64,000 nucleotides of DNA from Bispira polyomma (taxonomy: Eukaryota): positions 37,634,001-37,698,000 of the forward strand of contig OZ287749.1 of NCBI GenBank assembly GCA_965649765.1, read 5' to 3'. The notes below the pieces were generated by a model. It did no database searches and was not told where the DNA came from. It was given only the letters and a program-made list of their open reading frames with translations. Shown here piece after piece: positions 50,565-61,857 of this stretch. The translations under genes and the position numbers were made by a program. How positions within the stretch are numbered: position 1 is the stretch's first letter; every line of letters starts with the position of its first letter.

Positions 50565-50710
50565 ACGCCAGCCAAGGGTACCCTATTACTGGATTTTCGG
50601 GGGATGCACACTAAATGCCAGCCAGGGGTACCCTATTACAGGTTAGGTGGTACCATATTACCGAACTGGGTAGGTGCACACTAATCGCCAACCAGGGGGT
50701 ATCCTATTTC
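50565..50710. repeat. Three subterminal direct repeats
   Basis: gcacactaaatgccagccaggggtaccctatt-type unit, three copies. Confidence 0.75.
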
Positions 50711-50823
50711 CAGATAGGTGCCGTTGCTTATTGTCCGAAATATGTGAAATTCCCCGAGCATCAGTTAATTTCGGGAATATTTGGGGAGAGTTTGGAAAAC
50801 TGGATTTGGGACAGTTTGAGATT

Positions 50824-50943
50824 TAGCATGTCCCTGGTGGCTAGTAAGGTTGTGAGCACTTTAGTTCCTGGAGCCATTCTGACGAAGTCATGAGTGAATA
50901 CAAGAGACATAGATCTTTTTGTGACTTTATTCAAAAGGTGTGA
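50824..50943 (+). pseudogene. Possible BIR-domain C-terminal remnant
   Basis: ACPW....SSWSHSDEVMSEYKRHRSFCDFIQKV* resembles the BIR pattern W...D.P..EH.R....C.F. AATAAA follows at ~50989. Confidence 0.45.
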
Positions 50944-51089
50944 CCAAGAGGACAGAAGTAACTTTGTTATGTAAACATTCATGTATCAATAAAAATATTT
51001 TTAATTTGTTTTGTTTTCCTTGACAACCCTTATATAAGTTCTCACCACAAATGCCACAGTTCATTTACTTATCAAACTTTAAAGGGATA

Positions 51090-51267
51090 ATGTCTGTCAA
51101 AAATCTTTGATTAAATATGTGAGTCAGATGATCTTGGTTATTATTGTGGTTGTGGGCTGCATCGTCAACTTGTCTTTGAACAATCAAGGTAGAGATATTT
51201 GGTTGTCTATCTTGTGTTCCTCTTTTGGTTACATTTTGCCCAGCCCCACCATAACCAAAAAGAAATG
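51090..51267 (+). pseudogene. Small two-TM protein 1
   Basis: YVSQMILVIIVVVGCIVNLSLNNQGRDIWLSILCSSFGYILPSPTITKKK*. Confidence 0.6.
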
Positions 51268-51392
51268 ATTCCTTTTAAGTTCCCAAGTTGTTATTTTTTT
51301 TTGTTTAATTTTTCATCTAAATCAACAAAGCATTAAATCATATATAAAGGGAATACATACTTTTGGACAGTCATTTCTCTGCTAGAATCTGA

Positions 51393-51555
51393 ATGAACAA
51401 CCTCTGTGAGAAATCTCCAGGAAAATATGTGGCCCAAATGATTGTGTTGACCATTTTGGCCTGTATTACCAATCTGACCTATAACCAGCATAATAGAGAT
51501 ATATGGTTTTCATTACTGTTTTCATCCATTGGTTCATCCTGGTATTAAAAAAGAA
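51393..51555 (+). pseudogene. Small two-TM protein 2 (paralog of protein 1)
   Basis: MNNLCEKSPGKYVAQMIVLTILACITNLTYNQHNRDIWFSLLFSSIG. Confidence 0.6.
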
Positions 51556-51558
51556 AGA

Positions 51559-52616
51559 ATGAACAAACTTTTGACTTCAATTTACTTTAATCCTGCCCAT
51601 CCTGCTAGTTTTTCTTGGCCCCAAAAGCTTTATGAGGCTGCAATAAAAGAAGACAAGATCCATAACCCTAACAGATGTGAAATCCTGGTTAAGTGGAGAA
51701 GAGACTTATACGTTGCACAAACCTGCAAGAAGGACTATTAAAAGAAACAAAGTCATTGCAGGGAGTATAGATCAGCAGTGGGATGTTGACCTGATGGATA
51801 TGACTAAAATTGCCCACTACAATGACGGTCACCATTTTGTTCTGTTAGCCATAGATATATTTTCAGGGTATGTGTGGACAGTACCTTTGAAGAACAAATC
51901 TGGGAAATCTGAAGTTGTTCGTGCTTTCTCATTGGTTTTCAAGGAAAGGTTACCAAAAACCATGTGCTCCGATAAAAGGACAGAATTGACAGGATATAAA
52001 GTGCAGCAGTTATTCAAAACGCATTCTGTCCGACATTTTGTGAAGGAAAATGAAGTCAAGGCAAATTACGCTGAGAGAGCTATTAAGACCATCAAAGGCA
52101 AGATTTACAAATACTTCACTTACAAACAATCCTACAGGTACATCGATGTGTTGCAAGATATTACCAATGCTTACAACTGGAGTGTACATCACTCTATAAA
52201 AATGGCCCCAGCCAAAGTGACGATAAACAACTTAAGCCATCAAGGAAAAATTTCAAGAAAAATGAAGTTTAAATTTAATGTTGGGGATCTTGCCAGAATA
52301 TGACATGGCAGAAAAACATTTCGTAGGGAATACGATCAGAGATGGAGTGGTTAACTTTTTAAAATAGTGAATAGAGACTGGTCTCAAAGCTATCCTACCT
52401 ACAAAGTGAATGATTATGCAGGCAAATCCATTGAAGGAACTTTCTACAAAGAAGAGTTACAGAAAGCTGTTGCCAGTGAGTATTATAAAGTGGAAAAAAT
52501 TCTAAAGAGCCAAAAATTGAAAGGGCGCCTTAAAGAAGTTTTGGTATGATGGTTACACTGGCCACCAAAGTATGACTCGTGCATACCTGCCAAAGATGTC
52601 ACAAGATATCAGTATA
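51559..52616 (+). pseudogene. Polinton integrase with C-terminal chromodomain-like region
   Basis: IYFNPAHPASF; QWDVDL; LAIDIFSGYVW; CSDKRTE; KANYAERAIKTIK; YNWSVHHSIKM; FNVGDLARI; GTFYKEELQ; YKVEKILK..VLV*WLHWPPKYDS. Confidence 0.92.
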
Positions 52617-52674
52617 AATAAAAGGGAATATCAGTATTGCTGTTCATTTTATTGACAAATGTCATGGAGTCAAC

Positions 52675-52998
52675 ATGTCTGATGTAAAAAAGAATAAATA
52701 TATTTTACAGATTTTGGCCCAGGGTGATTCTAAAGCAACAAAATATATTATATGTGGTGTGGACAAAGATCTTCTACACTGTTTTGTTGAGTCTGCTCAC
52801 AATCTACTTGAAGGAAATATTCCACTGGGGTTAACAGAAAAGAAAAAACTAGGAAAGTACAAAGAAGAACTGCGAGAGTTGAGGAAGAAACAAATCTCTA
52901 ATAAGAGAAAAAAGGATATCTTACAAATAGGGAGATTCTTGCCAGCCTTGCTAGCTCCTATTTTGGGGACTCTTATTCCCCCATTGCTGAAAAATTGA
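52675..52998 (+). CDS. Small basic Polinton protein with C-terminal amphipathic peptide (putative virion core/membrane-active precursor)
   Basis: Open 107-aa ORF with ESAHNLLEGNIPL, a K/R-rich middle and a terminal QIGR-FLPALLAPILGTLIPPLL. Confidence 0.7.
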   Translation: MSDVKKNKYILQILAQGDSKATKYIICGVDKDLLHCFVESAHNLLEGNIPLGLTEKKKLGKYKEELRELRKKQISNKRKKDILQIGRFLPALLAPILGTLIPPLLKN

Positions 52999-53013
52999 TT
53001 GGATTATTCAAAC

Positions 53014-53710
53014 GATGAACAAATTTATTGAAAAGGTTGTTATTCCCAAAGCTTTGTTAAGTAGCAGGGCCTGTGTAAATCCAGTAGGGATGGCCGCTAC
53101 GGCCATGGTCAGACTAGAAAAGGATATGGGTGACCTGTAAGAAAATACCAATATGGAACAGTCAGAAAAAATGAAACTGTACAATTAGTCAATGACCAAG
53201 CTCAAAACCTATGGTCAACAACAAAAAGATACAGTATTTCCCCCTGGAAAAAAACTTTTGAAACCTCTGGGTAAAACAGAAGATCTACTAGATGACCTGA
53301 AAATAACACTGCCTACATCTTTATGGAGTAAAGGGCGAAGTCTCTATCAAAAGTTAAAAGGCATTTTACGTTGGAATGACAGAGGTGAAATTTTGACAGA
53401 TGAAAATCAGCCTATTACTGGATCACATATTACTGATTTAATCAACACAGCCATTCGAACTCAAAGAAAAAAAAAGAAAAAATGCCTACTGGCTGGCCTT
53501 ATTTTGCTCAAAAGCTACAAGGTGCTAATATTCCAGCCTGATTGTTGGGAATTTGGACCTCAGTTTCAGTCACGACAGATGGAATCAGAAATGGAACCAG
53601 TAATGGAACCAGAAATGGAACCAGAAATGAAACCAGAGCTGGAACCACCAGAGCTGGAACCACCAGAGAAGAAACCGAAATTAAAGAAGTATAAATGGGA
53701 GAGTGTATAA
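53014..53710 (+). pseudogene. Conserved Polinton hypothetical protein
   Basis: KGRSLYQKL..LRWNDRGEI..ITGSHITDLI, EP(E/M) repeats and a terminal KYKWESV. Upstream in-frame stops are present. Confidence 0.65.
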
Positions 53711-53913
53711 GAAGGCTCACACTTTTGATGATGCATTCAATTTAATGTGAACTGGAACCAGTAATGGAACCAGAAATGGAACCAGAAATAAAACCAGAGC
53801 TGGAACCACCAGAGCTGGAACCACCAGAGAAGAAACCGAAATTGAAGAAGTATAAATGGGAGAGTGTATAAAAAGGCTCACACTTTTGATGATGCATTCA
53901 ATTTAATGTGAAC
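53592..53913. repeat. Tandem duplication, 2 x 161 bp (ORF end plus penton promoter)
   Basis: tggaaccagtaatggaaccag...ttcaatttaatgtgaac occurs at 53592 and 53753. Confidence 0.92.
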
Positions 53914-53933
53914 ACTGCTGTGAACACTGCAAC

Positions 53934-54681
53934 ATGAAAGACTTCTATGTATACTTACCGAGTAATACAAAGCATGTGGGGAATACTCCAGGAGAGTATA
54001 TCGTTCTCCTGGCTCAACCCTACAAATTGTTTGGCGAATGGGAAGTGGGACTTATGGAAATTCAGTATACAAAAACATGGCATAACGTCCCCCCCAGAAC
54101 AATTCGTCCAAGTTGGTGACGCGCAAATTCCTATTCTAGAAGGCATTTACAACAACATGGAAGACTTGATTAGAATCTTGAACAAAAAGGTAAAATGGAG
54201 GTTAGGAGCAGAGCCACCATTTACCGTGCAGTTCAGTACCATTGAATTCACGCAAAAGACAAGACTTCAGATTACAAAAACTGAACATAATAATGCGGCT
54301 AATATAGCACAGGCAGGGCCCAAAGTAACCCTTTCCAAAAGATTAAGTAAAATTCTAGATTTTGCCAAAACCGGTCCCTTTTTACCTGGGGATAGAAAAT
54401 CTAAGTACCCATCCGACATTCAAGATGGCACACATAATCTATACATCTATTGTGATTTGATCGAACCTGTGGCAGTGGGAAATGCAAAAGTTCCTCTTCT
54501 TAGAATAGTTCCTATCCAGAAAGGGCATATTATCACTACAGCGTACAATCAAGTATTCTATTATCCATTGATGAGGAAGGTCTTTGGTTCAGTGGAAATC
54601 AATATAAAGAACGACACGGATGAAATCATCCCATTTGTGGGTGGGAAGTCATTGGTGACACTTCACTTTTGTCAAAAATGA
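53934..54681 (+). pseudogene. Polinton minor capsid / penton (PX), one frameshift
   Basis: FYVYLPSN..NTPGEY..L..GEWEVGLMEIQY; LYIYCDLIEP..VGNAKVPLLRIV..YYPL..IPFVGGKSLVTLHF. Confidence 0.9.
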
Positions 54682-55612
54682 TCTCTGCTAAGTTTTGTTA
54701 CAGAGAGTAAAGAAGGTCAACCGTCTGCATTGCTGTGGTATAAAGAGACCAACAACTTTTCCCTGGATGACACCAACAAGGAATACAAAAAAAAGAAAGG
54801 ACTAGCTAAAGGGAGTCGCCTGATCGACATGATGCGAAAATTGCACTTAGACCTGATGTTTTAAGACCGTTACCTGCTGAATCACACCCCAATGAAGTTA
54901 CGTTTAACCAGAAGTAAGGACAAGTTCTGTCTCATCAGCCCAACCGATGGTGCCAACTTCAAGGTGAAATTAGAAAGTGTCAAAATGATAATCAGAAAAG
55001 TACAGATCAGCTCTGTAATCCAGGCTGCTCACACAAAGGCTATAGAACTGGGAACTGCAAAATATCCAATCACCAGAGGAGAATGCAAGACCTTTACAGT
55101 GGGAATAGGAACCAGAAGTCACACTGAAGAAAACCTGTATTCTGGTCAAATTCCTAAATGCATTGTGTTGGGATTTCTAAAGAACAGTGCCATCAATGGA
55201 ACCTACAAGACGAATCTATTCCAGTTTGAACATTTTGATGTGGAACATATTGCGCTCAATGTAGGCCGAACACCATTTCCTGGCAATGCACTGCAACCAG
55301 ATTTCGACACAGAAGACTACATGAATTGCCACATGACTCTATTTTCTGGCATGGGGACCATCTATCAAGACGAGGGGAATCACATTGACAGGGAAGAATA
55401 TAAAAAGGGTTACACATTGATATGCTTTGATTTGTCACCTGATTTAGAAGAATGGGGAGGTTATGTCAACTTAAGAAAAACTGGCACAGTTGCTCTTGAG
55501 CTCCATTTTAAGAAACTTTAACAGAAACTGTGAATATTGTTGTGTTTGGAGAATTTTAAAACACAATTGAAATTGAGCGTTACAGAGATGTTGTGACCGA
55601 TTTCACTCTGTA
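54682..55612 (+). pseudogene. Polinton major capsid protein (N-terminus deleted)
   Basis: LHLDLMF*DRYLLN..MKLRLTRSKDKF; AHTKAIELGTAKYPITR; GQIPKCIVLGF..NGTYKTNLFQFEHF; YKKGYTLICFDLSPDL. Confidence 0.92.
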
Positions 55613-55613
55613 A

Positions 55614-56057
55614 GATGAACACAGCGGAACTACAAAATCTACTGCAAACTTTTAAGCCTCCAAAATGGGATGTTGGTGTGTTTGCCAGAGACCAGAGACC
55701 AAACTCAGACGTCCAAAAACGAGATGTATATTTATCTGCAACACAGATTGTTATCACAAAGAGGGAACCCACTGGGTAGTGCTTAGTATCAACTAGCAAG
55801 AATATGGCTTGTACTTCGACTCCTATGGATTACCACCTCTCTTCAAAGAGTTCATACAGTTTTTCAAGCATTTTGCTAGAAATTGTACTTACAAAGATGT
55901 TCAGTTACAAAGTCTATTTTCCGTTGCTTGTGGACACTATTGTACATTGTTTTCTCTGTACACCTTTGCTGCATATACCATAGAAGAGATTATCAACAGA
56001 TTGGAAAACTACACTGATAGACAAATCCAGAACTTTATAGAAACGCTTATGAATTAA
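55614..56057 (+). pseudogene. Adenain-like cysteine protease
   Basis: GVFARD; EGTHWV; YFDSYGLPP; QLQSLFSVACGHYC. Confidence 0.9.
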
Positions 56058-56484
56058 TAATTGGTAATTTAAAAAAAAAAATGTAAAAAAATTGTCTGTG
56101 GGGACTAAATATTTTGGTTTAGCATTTTAGCATTTAGTTTTTCCAATTTAATTTATTTTTAATGATAGTAAGAAAAAACCCATTAATGTTCATAATAGTT
56201 AAGTGATTATTGTTTAAGGCATTAAAAGTTGTTGTGTTGTAGCATTTTTAAAAAAAAATTATTTAATGATACAAAAAAAATAATAATACCAAAAAAACAA
56301 ATAGTGTTTATTATTTAAGATTTATGTTTATGTTTTAGTTTAAGTAGGTATTGTTTTAAAAAATAAAATAAAATGTTTTAATAAATTTGGTTTAACATTT
56401 TGTTCCTTATGAGTTAAGTAGTTATTGTTTTTAAAAAAGAAAGTTTGAAAATAAACTTCAGAAAATGTAGATCAGCCTTTTCTC

Positions 56485-56712
56485 TACCACCACATATGGG
56501 ACTTCCACATGTGGTACCTCCACATCTCCACACCTCCACATGTGGTACCTCCACACCTCCACATGTCCACACCTCAACATGTGGCATCGCCACACTTCCA
56601 CATGTGGCATCTCCACGTGTGGCACCTCCACACCTGCACATCTCCACACCTCCACATGTGGTACCTCCACATGTGGTACCTCCACATCTCCACACCTTTG
56701 CATGTGGGACCT
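56485..56712. repeat. CCACATGTGG/ctccacac short-period repeat array
   Basis: About ten palindromic CACATGTG-type motifs interspersed with ctccacac. Confidence 0.85.
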
Positions 56713-56786
56713 CATCCACCACTGATTATAAAGGTCATGCATGTCATGACAAAGGTCATTTCAAGTTTAGACATCAAAGTGTAAAC

Positions 56787-57318
56787 ATGTCTCAGTGTCC
56801 TATCTGCTTAAATGTACTTTCAAGACGTCATAGTTTGAAATGTCACATCAAACTTGTTCATGCTGAAGGAGGAAAGAAACTGTCACAACCACCAGTGTTA
56901 CCAACAGTGTTACCACCACCGCAACAGCAGATAAGACCAAGAGATACCTATCCGATACCTAGAGTAGATCAAGATGGCTATACTGTGGTAGCCCTACCTA
57001 AAATGATGCATCCATTTACAAGTTTGTTGGCTGGACCAACTGGAAGTGGCAAAAGCACATTTTTAAAAAGTTATTATAAAAAGATGAAAATATAGATCAG
57101 CCTCCATCAAAGGTTATTTGGTGTTATACACAATGGCAACCTCTCTATGCAACAATGAAAAATGTAGAATTTCATCAAGGACTGCCAGATGTCAAGGAAT
57201 TAGAATCTTGCTTGCTCATTTTAGATGACATGATGGATCGCTTAGAAGGTGGAGTGACTGAGTTGTTTACCAAAGGCAGTCATCACCGCAACATTTCTGT
57301 CATTGTGGTGACTCGAAA
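56787..57318 (+). pseudogene. Packaging ATPase with N-terminal C2H2 zinc finger and Pro-rich linker (truncated)
   Basis: MSQCPICLNVLSRRHSLKCHIKLVH; HPFTSLLAGPTGSGKSTFL; LLILDDMM; LFTKGSHHRNISV. Confidence 0.9.
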
Positions 57319-57759
57319 ATGAAATGTGAAATGAATGTTAAGATAATGTTTAAATAAACAGTGAAAATAAACATTTTATTTTTTTATTCTTTATGCTGGG
57401 ACACTGGCTATTTGTCTTTACCTATTTTCCTCATAACTTCTGTCAATAGACGCCAGAATTATGGTAGTTAGGGTTTGAATTTTTTTAATATGAACATGAA
57501 TAATTTATTTTGTCAAAGCTGATATACACCCTTTTGGTGTATTTCCATAGCAACCATAGTGATGTCACTCAATTTTGGTCACTATTTTGAGGATGGCCAC
57601 AACACCTCATTTTGCATTTGTTACTTTATGTGTTCTTGACACATATTCGCCAATGTGACGTCACAATCACTATCATTGTGACGTTACAATGGCATAGCAG
57701 TGACGTCGTATTGATGTGTTGACGTTATGTCCTACAAATTTGAAAATATTACCTATATT

Positions 57760-58490
57760 TAAACATAAATAACTCTGTTAGTGTATAAGTCACAAACATA
57801 TAATTTATATTATTTTAAAGCCCAGGTTTAGTGCTTTTCAGTGCTTTTAATTTCATAAAAATCCATCCTGCAGTCTATGAGATATCTTCTACGTTACGTT
57901 TTTTTGCATGTTTTAACAAAAAAAATAGGAATTTTACAAAAATAGAAGATATTTGTGAACGGATATATCTCAACGACTGTATTATCTACAAAACATATAT
58001 CTTATATCATTTTAAAGCCCTGATTCAGTGGTTTGCAATAGAATTTGTTGCATTAAAATATATTCAGTAGTAGCTGAGATATTGCATACGTTACACAGTC
58101 ATACCCTTGATATTTTAACCCAAAAACAAAAATCGATCATTACAAGATATTTTTAAATGGATATATCTCAACGACTGTATAAGCTAGAAATACATACCTT
58201 ATATCATAATAAAGCCCAGAGTATGTGCTTTCTGACAGTAGTTATTGTATTAAACCCATTCACTGGTCTCTGAGGTATTGTATACGTTACACAGCTATGT
58301 TTTGCATATTTTAACAACAACAAAAAATCAGAGTTCACGATCATTACAATATATTTCTAAATGGTTATATCTCAGGCACTATATACTCTATAAATACATA
58401 TTTATATCATATTAAAGTCCAGAGTCTGTGCTTTCTAATAGTCTTTACAGCATCAAAATCCATGCATCCATCGCTGAGATATCCCTAAAT
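57760..58490. repeat. Degenerate subterminal tandem repeats (~190-210 bp) inside the Polinton right arm
   Basis: Recurrent atatctcaacgactgtat..tatatcat..aaagccc..gtgcttt..gagatat units. Confidence 0.7.
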
Positions 58491-58547
58491 AAACAAAAAT
58501 CCATCTGTATTTTTATTGACGCACATTCGCGAAGCACATCGCCCGCA

Positions 58548-58682
58548 CACGCGGTTCGCTTCGCGTGCGGTTTGGTTTGCATCACCATGGCGACCGTTAT
58601 GACGTCACATATCCCCATGGCAACTCGAAGCAAAAATAATTAGCAGGTGTCCGGGGGCTTCAAAATAGCATACTATACTACT
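58548..58682 (-). repeat. Polinton right TIR
   Basis: Reverse complement of 50376-50517, ending ACTACT-3'. Confidence 0.9.
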
Positions 58683-58895
58683 ACTATATTACTTATTAAG
58701 CATATATATGTTAGTGTCTTAATATATAAGCTCTTATTCTATGTAAATGCAGTGAGCGTATCTATGTAAGACATGCATGATGTGACAATTTTATCTATTT
58801 CAGGTATTATATAAAGCTTTCATACAGGGGATATATATATTTATAAAAATCAACATACTGGTAAGTCGGCACCAATCACCAAACATTAGTAGTAC

Positions 58896-59841
58896 TTATG
58901 TAGAGAGTAGCTTTTGGAAAGTGTGGGCTACCTGGGTAGCTGAGTCTTCAGTCTCCAGTAAGTAGTTCCAAACGCAGTCCGATGTCCAGGTACCATGTTT
59001 TTTGATTTGCTGAATAGGCACATTGAAGTTAAATGCCAGAGTGGTACCTAAATGCTGGAAAGTGTGAAATGGAAATTTAGATGGATCTAGATCCAATGCC
59101 AAAACCACCTTGCAAAGGTGTTTTCTAAGTGCAACATCATTGAGGGGAACCCACACTCCCTTGCTCTTTATCTTGAATAATTGGTCATTGCTGGAACCCG
59201 GTATAAGAGCCATAACCTTCCTGATAGCCCTAACTGGGCAAATTGGGGAAGAACCAAGTGCAGGGACCTTGATAAGTTGTATATTATTATGGTTTTGCAT
59301 AGTTTTAGTCCATTTTAGTAAAATGTGGATACCAGGAGGAATATCAGCAAGCAGCAAGCAGAATATCACCCCTGGCCAGATGAATTTGTGGATTGAATTT
59401 TTTGGTGGGGTGAGGGACAATATTTGATATCCTGAGGAATGCAAAGAAGGCAAGCATGTATGCTGCCTTAAATATCTGGCCCATGAACATAGTGTCACAC
59501 ATAGCTGCAATTCTGTGTAGATCCTGCACTTGGAAAAGCCCTTTTTGTTGTATACTAAAAGGTCTGTTGAGCAACAGAGATTTTTGAAACAACTTTATCC
59601 TGTTATCACTGAAAGCTGAAATCTAAATACCATATAAACTGAGTTTTGACTTCACAGACGCCATGTATTTGGCCACCTGTGTAGGAGAGGTCTTGTTGAA
59701 AGCTAAAAATTCCATAAAAGCTAATAATGTTGCCACGTTAGTACGTTGCACTGGACATTTTGCAAAGCAGCAGAAACCTATATATACCCTAAACATGTAC
59801 ATGTAAGCCCTCTGTGTTGAGGGTCTGAATGCTAAGGACAC
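58896..59841 (-). pseudogene. DIRS tyrosine recombinase
   Basis: AFRPSTQRAY; LAFFAFLRISN; KWTKTMQ; ICPVRA; HTFQHLGTTLAF..IKKHGTWTSDCVWNY. Confidence 0.9.
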
Positions 59842-59998
59842 CAGGGCCCCAGTTGTGAGTATCTTTAGGAGAGCACTGCCACCTGCAATTTACATATATA
59901 TATGGTTTTTTAGGTATCTTATATTGACCAGTCAAGGTCAAATACCCCTGGCTCAGGGTGACACCAAATTGGGTTGTCGATAAACTTTTTGATGGTAT

Positions 59999-61630
59999 TC
60001 ATTTGGCCCCCATTCCCTCCCATCTAGAGAGGGTGACCGCCACTACATTATGAATACCACAAATGTGTACCACTTTCAGTTCGATGTTGTTTTTAGCTGT
60101 TAGTAAAAATACATTTCTGGCACATGCGGCCAGGTATGTGTCATTACTTTTTCCTGTGTTCAAGACTGAAGCCACTGCACTGTTATCACATTTAATCAAG
60201 ATTTTCCTGTCTTTCCAGTGTAAACCCCACATTTTCAGAGCAACTACTATGTTTATCATTTCTAAATTTGCAATTGCTATATCTCTGATATTATGTGGAA
60301 TTGGAATGGCATAAACCAGGTTTTCATAGCAAGCCCCTTCCCCATTAGGCATGCATCTAATTCGATAATAGCACTGACAGGTTTATGGTCAAAGAAACTG
60401 ACGCCATTATACTGGGCCAGAAAGCACCTGAACCAATTTAAGTCCCTGTGAAAATGTGAATCCAGTGGGATGTATTTTGGATTTGTAGCTGCTCTGAGTG
60501 TGGCTAGCATCCTGTTCAGGAATATGCGTGCTGGGTCACAGCACTTAGCAATGTACAGTAATGAACCCAGTAAAGACTGCATTTTCCTTTTTGTTGTATA
60601 TTTGGAACCCTGCCACTGCCCTAAGGCTGTTAAAATAGTGCTTAATTTTTCTGTTAGTATTGACATTGTGCCTTTGATGGAGTTTATAACTATGCCCAAA
60701 CATACGCATTCAGTACTGGGGGGAACCAACTTTTTCTCATAGTGAGACCTAGGTTTTCTAACAGTGTGTACAGAAATGTGTAAGCTGAGCTGGCTCTACT
60801 AGGGACCCCACAACCAATCAGATCATCTATATAATTTATGATTTGGTATTTATTTTGGTCCATTATATACCTAACACCATCACTGAGTCTTTAAAAGATT
60901 TGGCTCGCATGTCGGAAGCCAAAGGGAAGACAGGTATCAAAATGAAATCCTTTCAAAGTAAGTCATAGTCTTTAGGGTCTATTTTTATGTGACGAAATGC
61001 CCGCGAGATGTCAATCTGATAAATGTTTGAACCTCTGCCATATAAATTAACTTGTTCAACTATTGTGTCTATTGATGGGAAAGTGAGTACAAATTTTGTG
61101 CCTAGATATGAATCTTTTTCAACCCCGGCATTGATACTAGCCCCTTCAGGCCAACTCATGTCCACTATTACTCTCCGATTTACCGAATTTGGCTTTTCCC
61201 TAGTCATGAATGGGGAACAGTGGAGGTTGTCAATTGGACTAACTGCATATGGGCCTTCCACTGCCTTTAAGGTCTTCTCATTTATGTATGTTTCGACTTG
61301 GGTGGGGTGTTGGTTTGCTGAATTATGATTGGCATAGTCACAGTCAAGTGTCATTGTTCCGTCGAAATCTAAAGGGAAGCCATAGCATATGAATTCGACT
61401 AACTGTGTGTCCCAATAGTCTACTAATTGTTTTTCCCATTGTTCCACATGTAATTGAGATTTAATTGGAATTCTTGCTTCCTGAAAGTTACATTTACCAG
61501 TGCCACTGACTGTTTTATGCAGCAGAATTGGATCAGTTATGTCTTGTGTTATACCCGTTTCGGATGTTTGAGAGACACCTGTGAAGTCAGTGAGAGGGAT
61601 AAAGCCAAAACGCTGTGTGTTTTGGATCAT
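59999..61630 (-). pseudogene. DIRS reverse transcriptase + RNase H
   Basis: CSPFMTREKPNSVNRRVIVDMSWP; IDISRAFRHI; LPFGFRH; NYIDDLIG; LELDACL-type IELDACL; IANLEMINIVVA; CDNSAV; HICGIHNVVA. Confidence 0.92.
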
Positions 61631-61857
61631 ACATTTTTTATGAAGGTCCGAGTCACACTAAATACCACTAAGGTTTTTGCTACGTGAGCTGATGAACTCA
61701 AGTTCATATTTGTCGTTACTAACCTGTCCATATTGCTGACTATGTACTGTTGTTTTTGTCCCAGTCATAGTATCTGTTCTTGTTTCCCATGTGTCAGTAT
61801 TATCCCTACGCTCTTTAGTTTTGGTCGTATTAAGTCCTTCCTCACTTACACCAGGGA

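Larger units (their letters stand above)
50376..58682 (+). mobile_element. TIR-to-TIR Polinton/Maverick (8.3 kb) lacking pPolB
   Basis: Termini agtagtatattatgctattttgaagccccggacacctgc and gcaggtgtccgggggcttcaaaatagcatactatactact. 6-bp TSD ACTATA at 50370-50375 and 58683-58688. Carries INT, penton, MCP, protease and ATPase. Confidence 0.92.

Noticed and set aside
56414-56784. Five overlapping His/Pro/Val-rich ORFs
   Set aside because: Artefacts of the stop-free CCACATGTGG repeat. The real coding region starts at ATG 56787.
59110-61687. Plus-strand ORFs over the DIRS element
   Set aside because: Antisense shadows of the YR, RT and RNase H genes.
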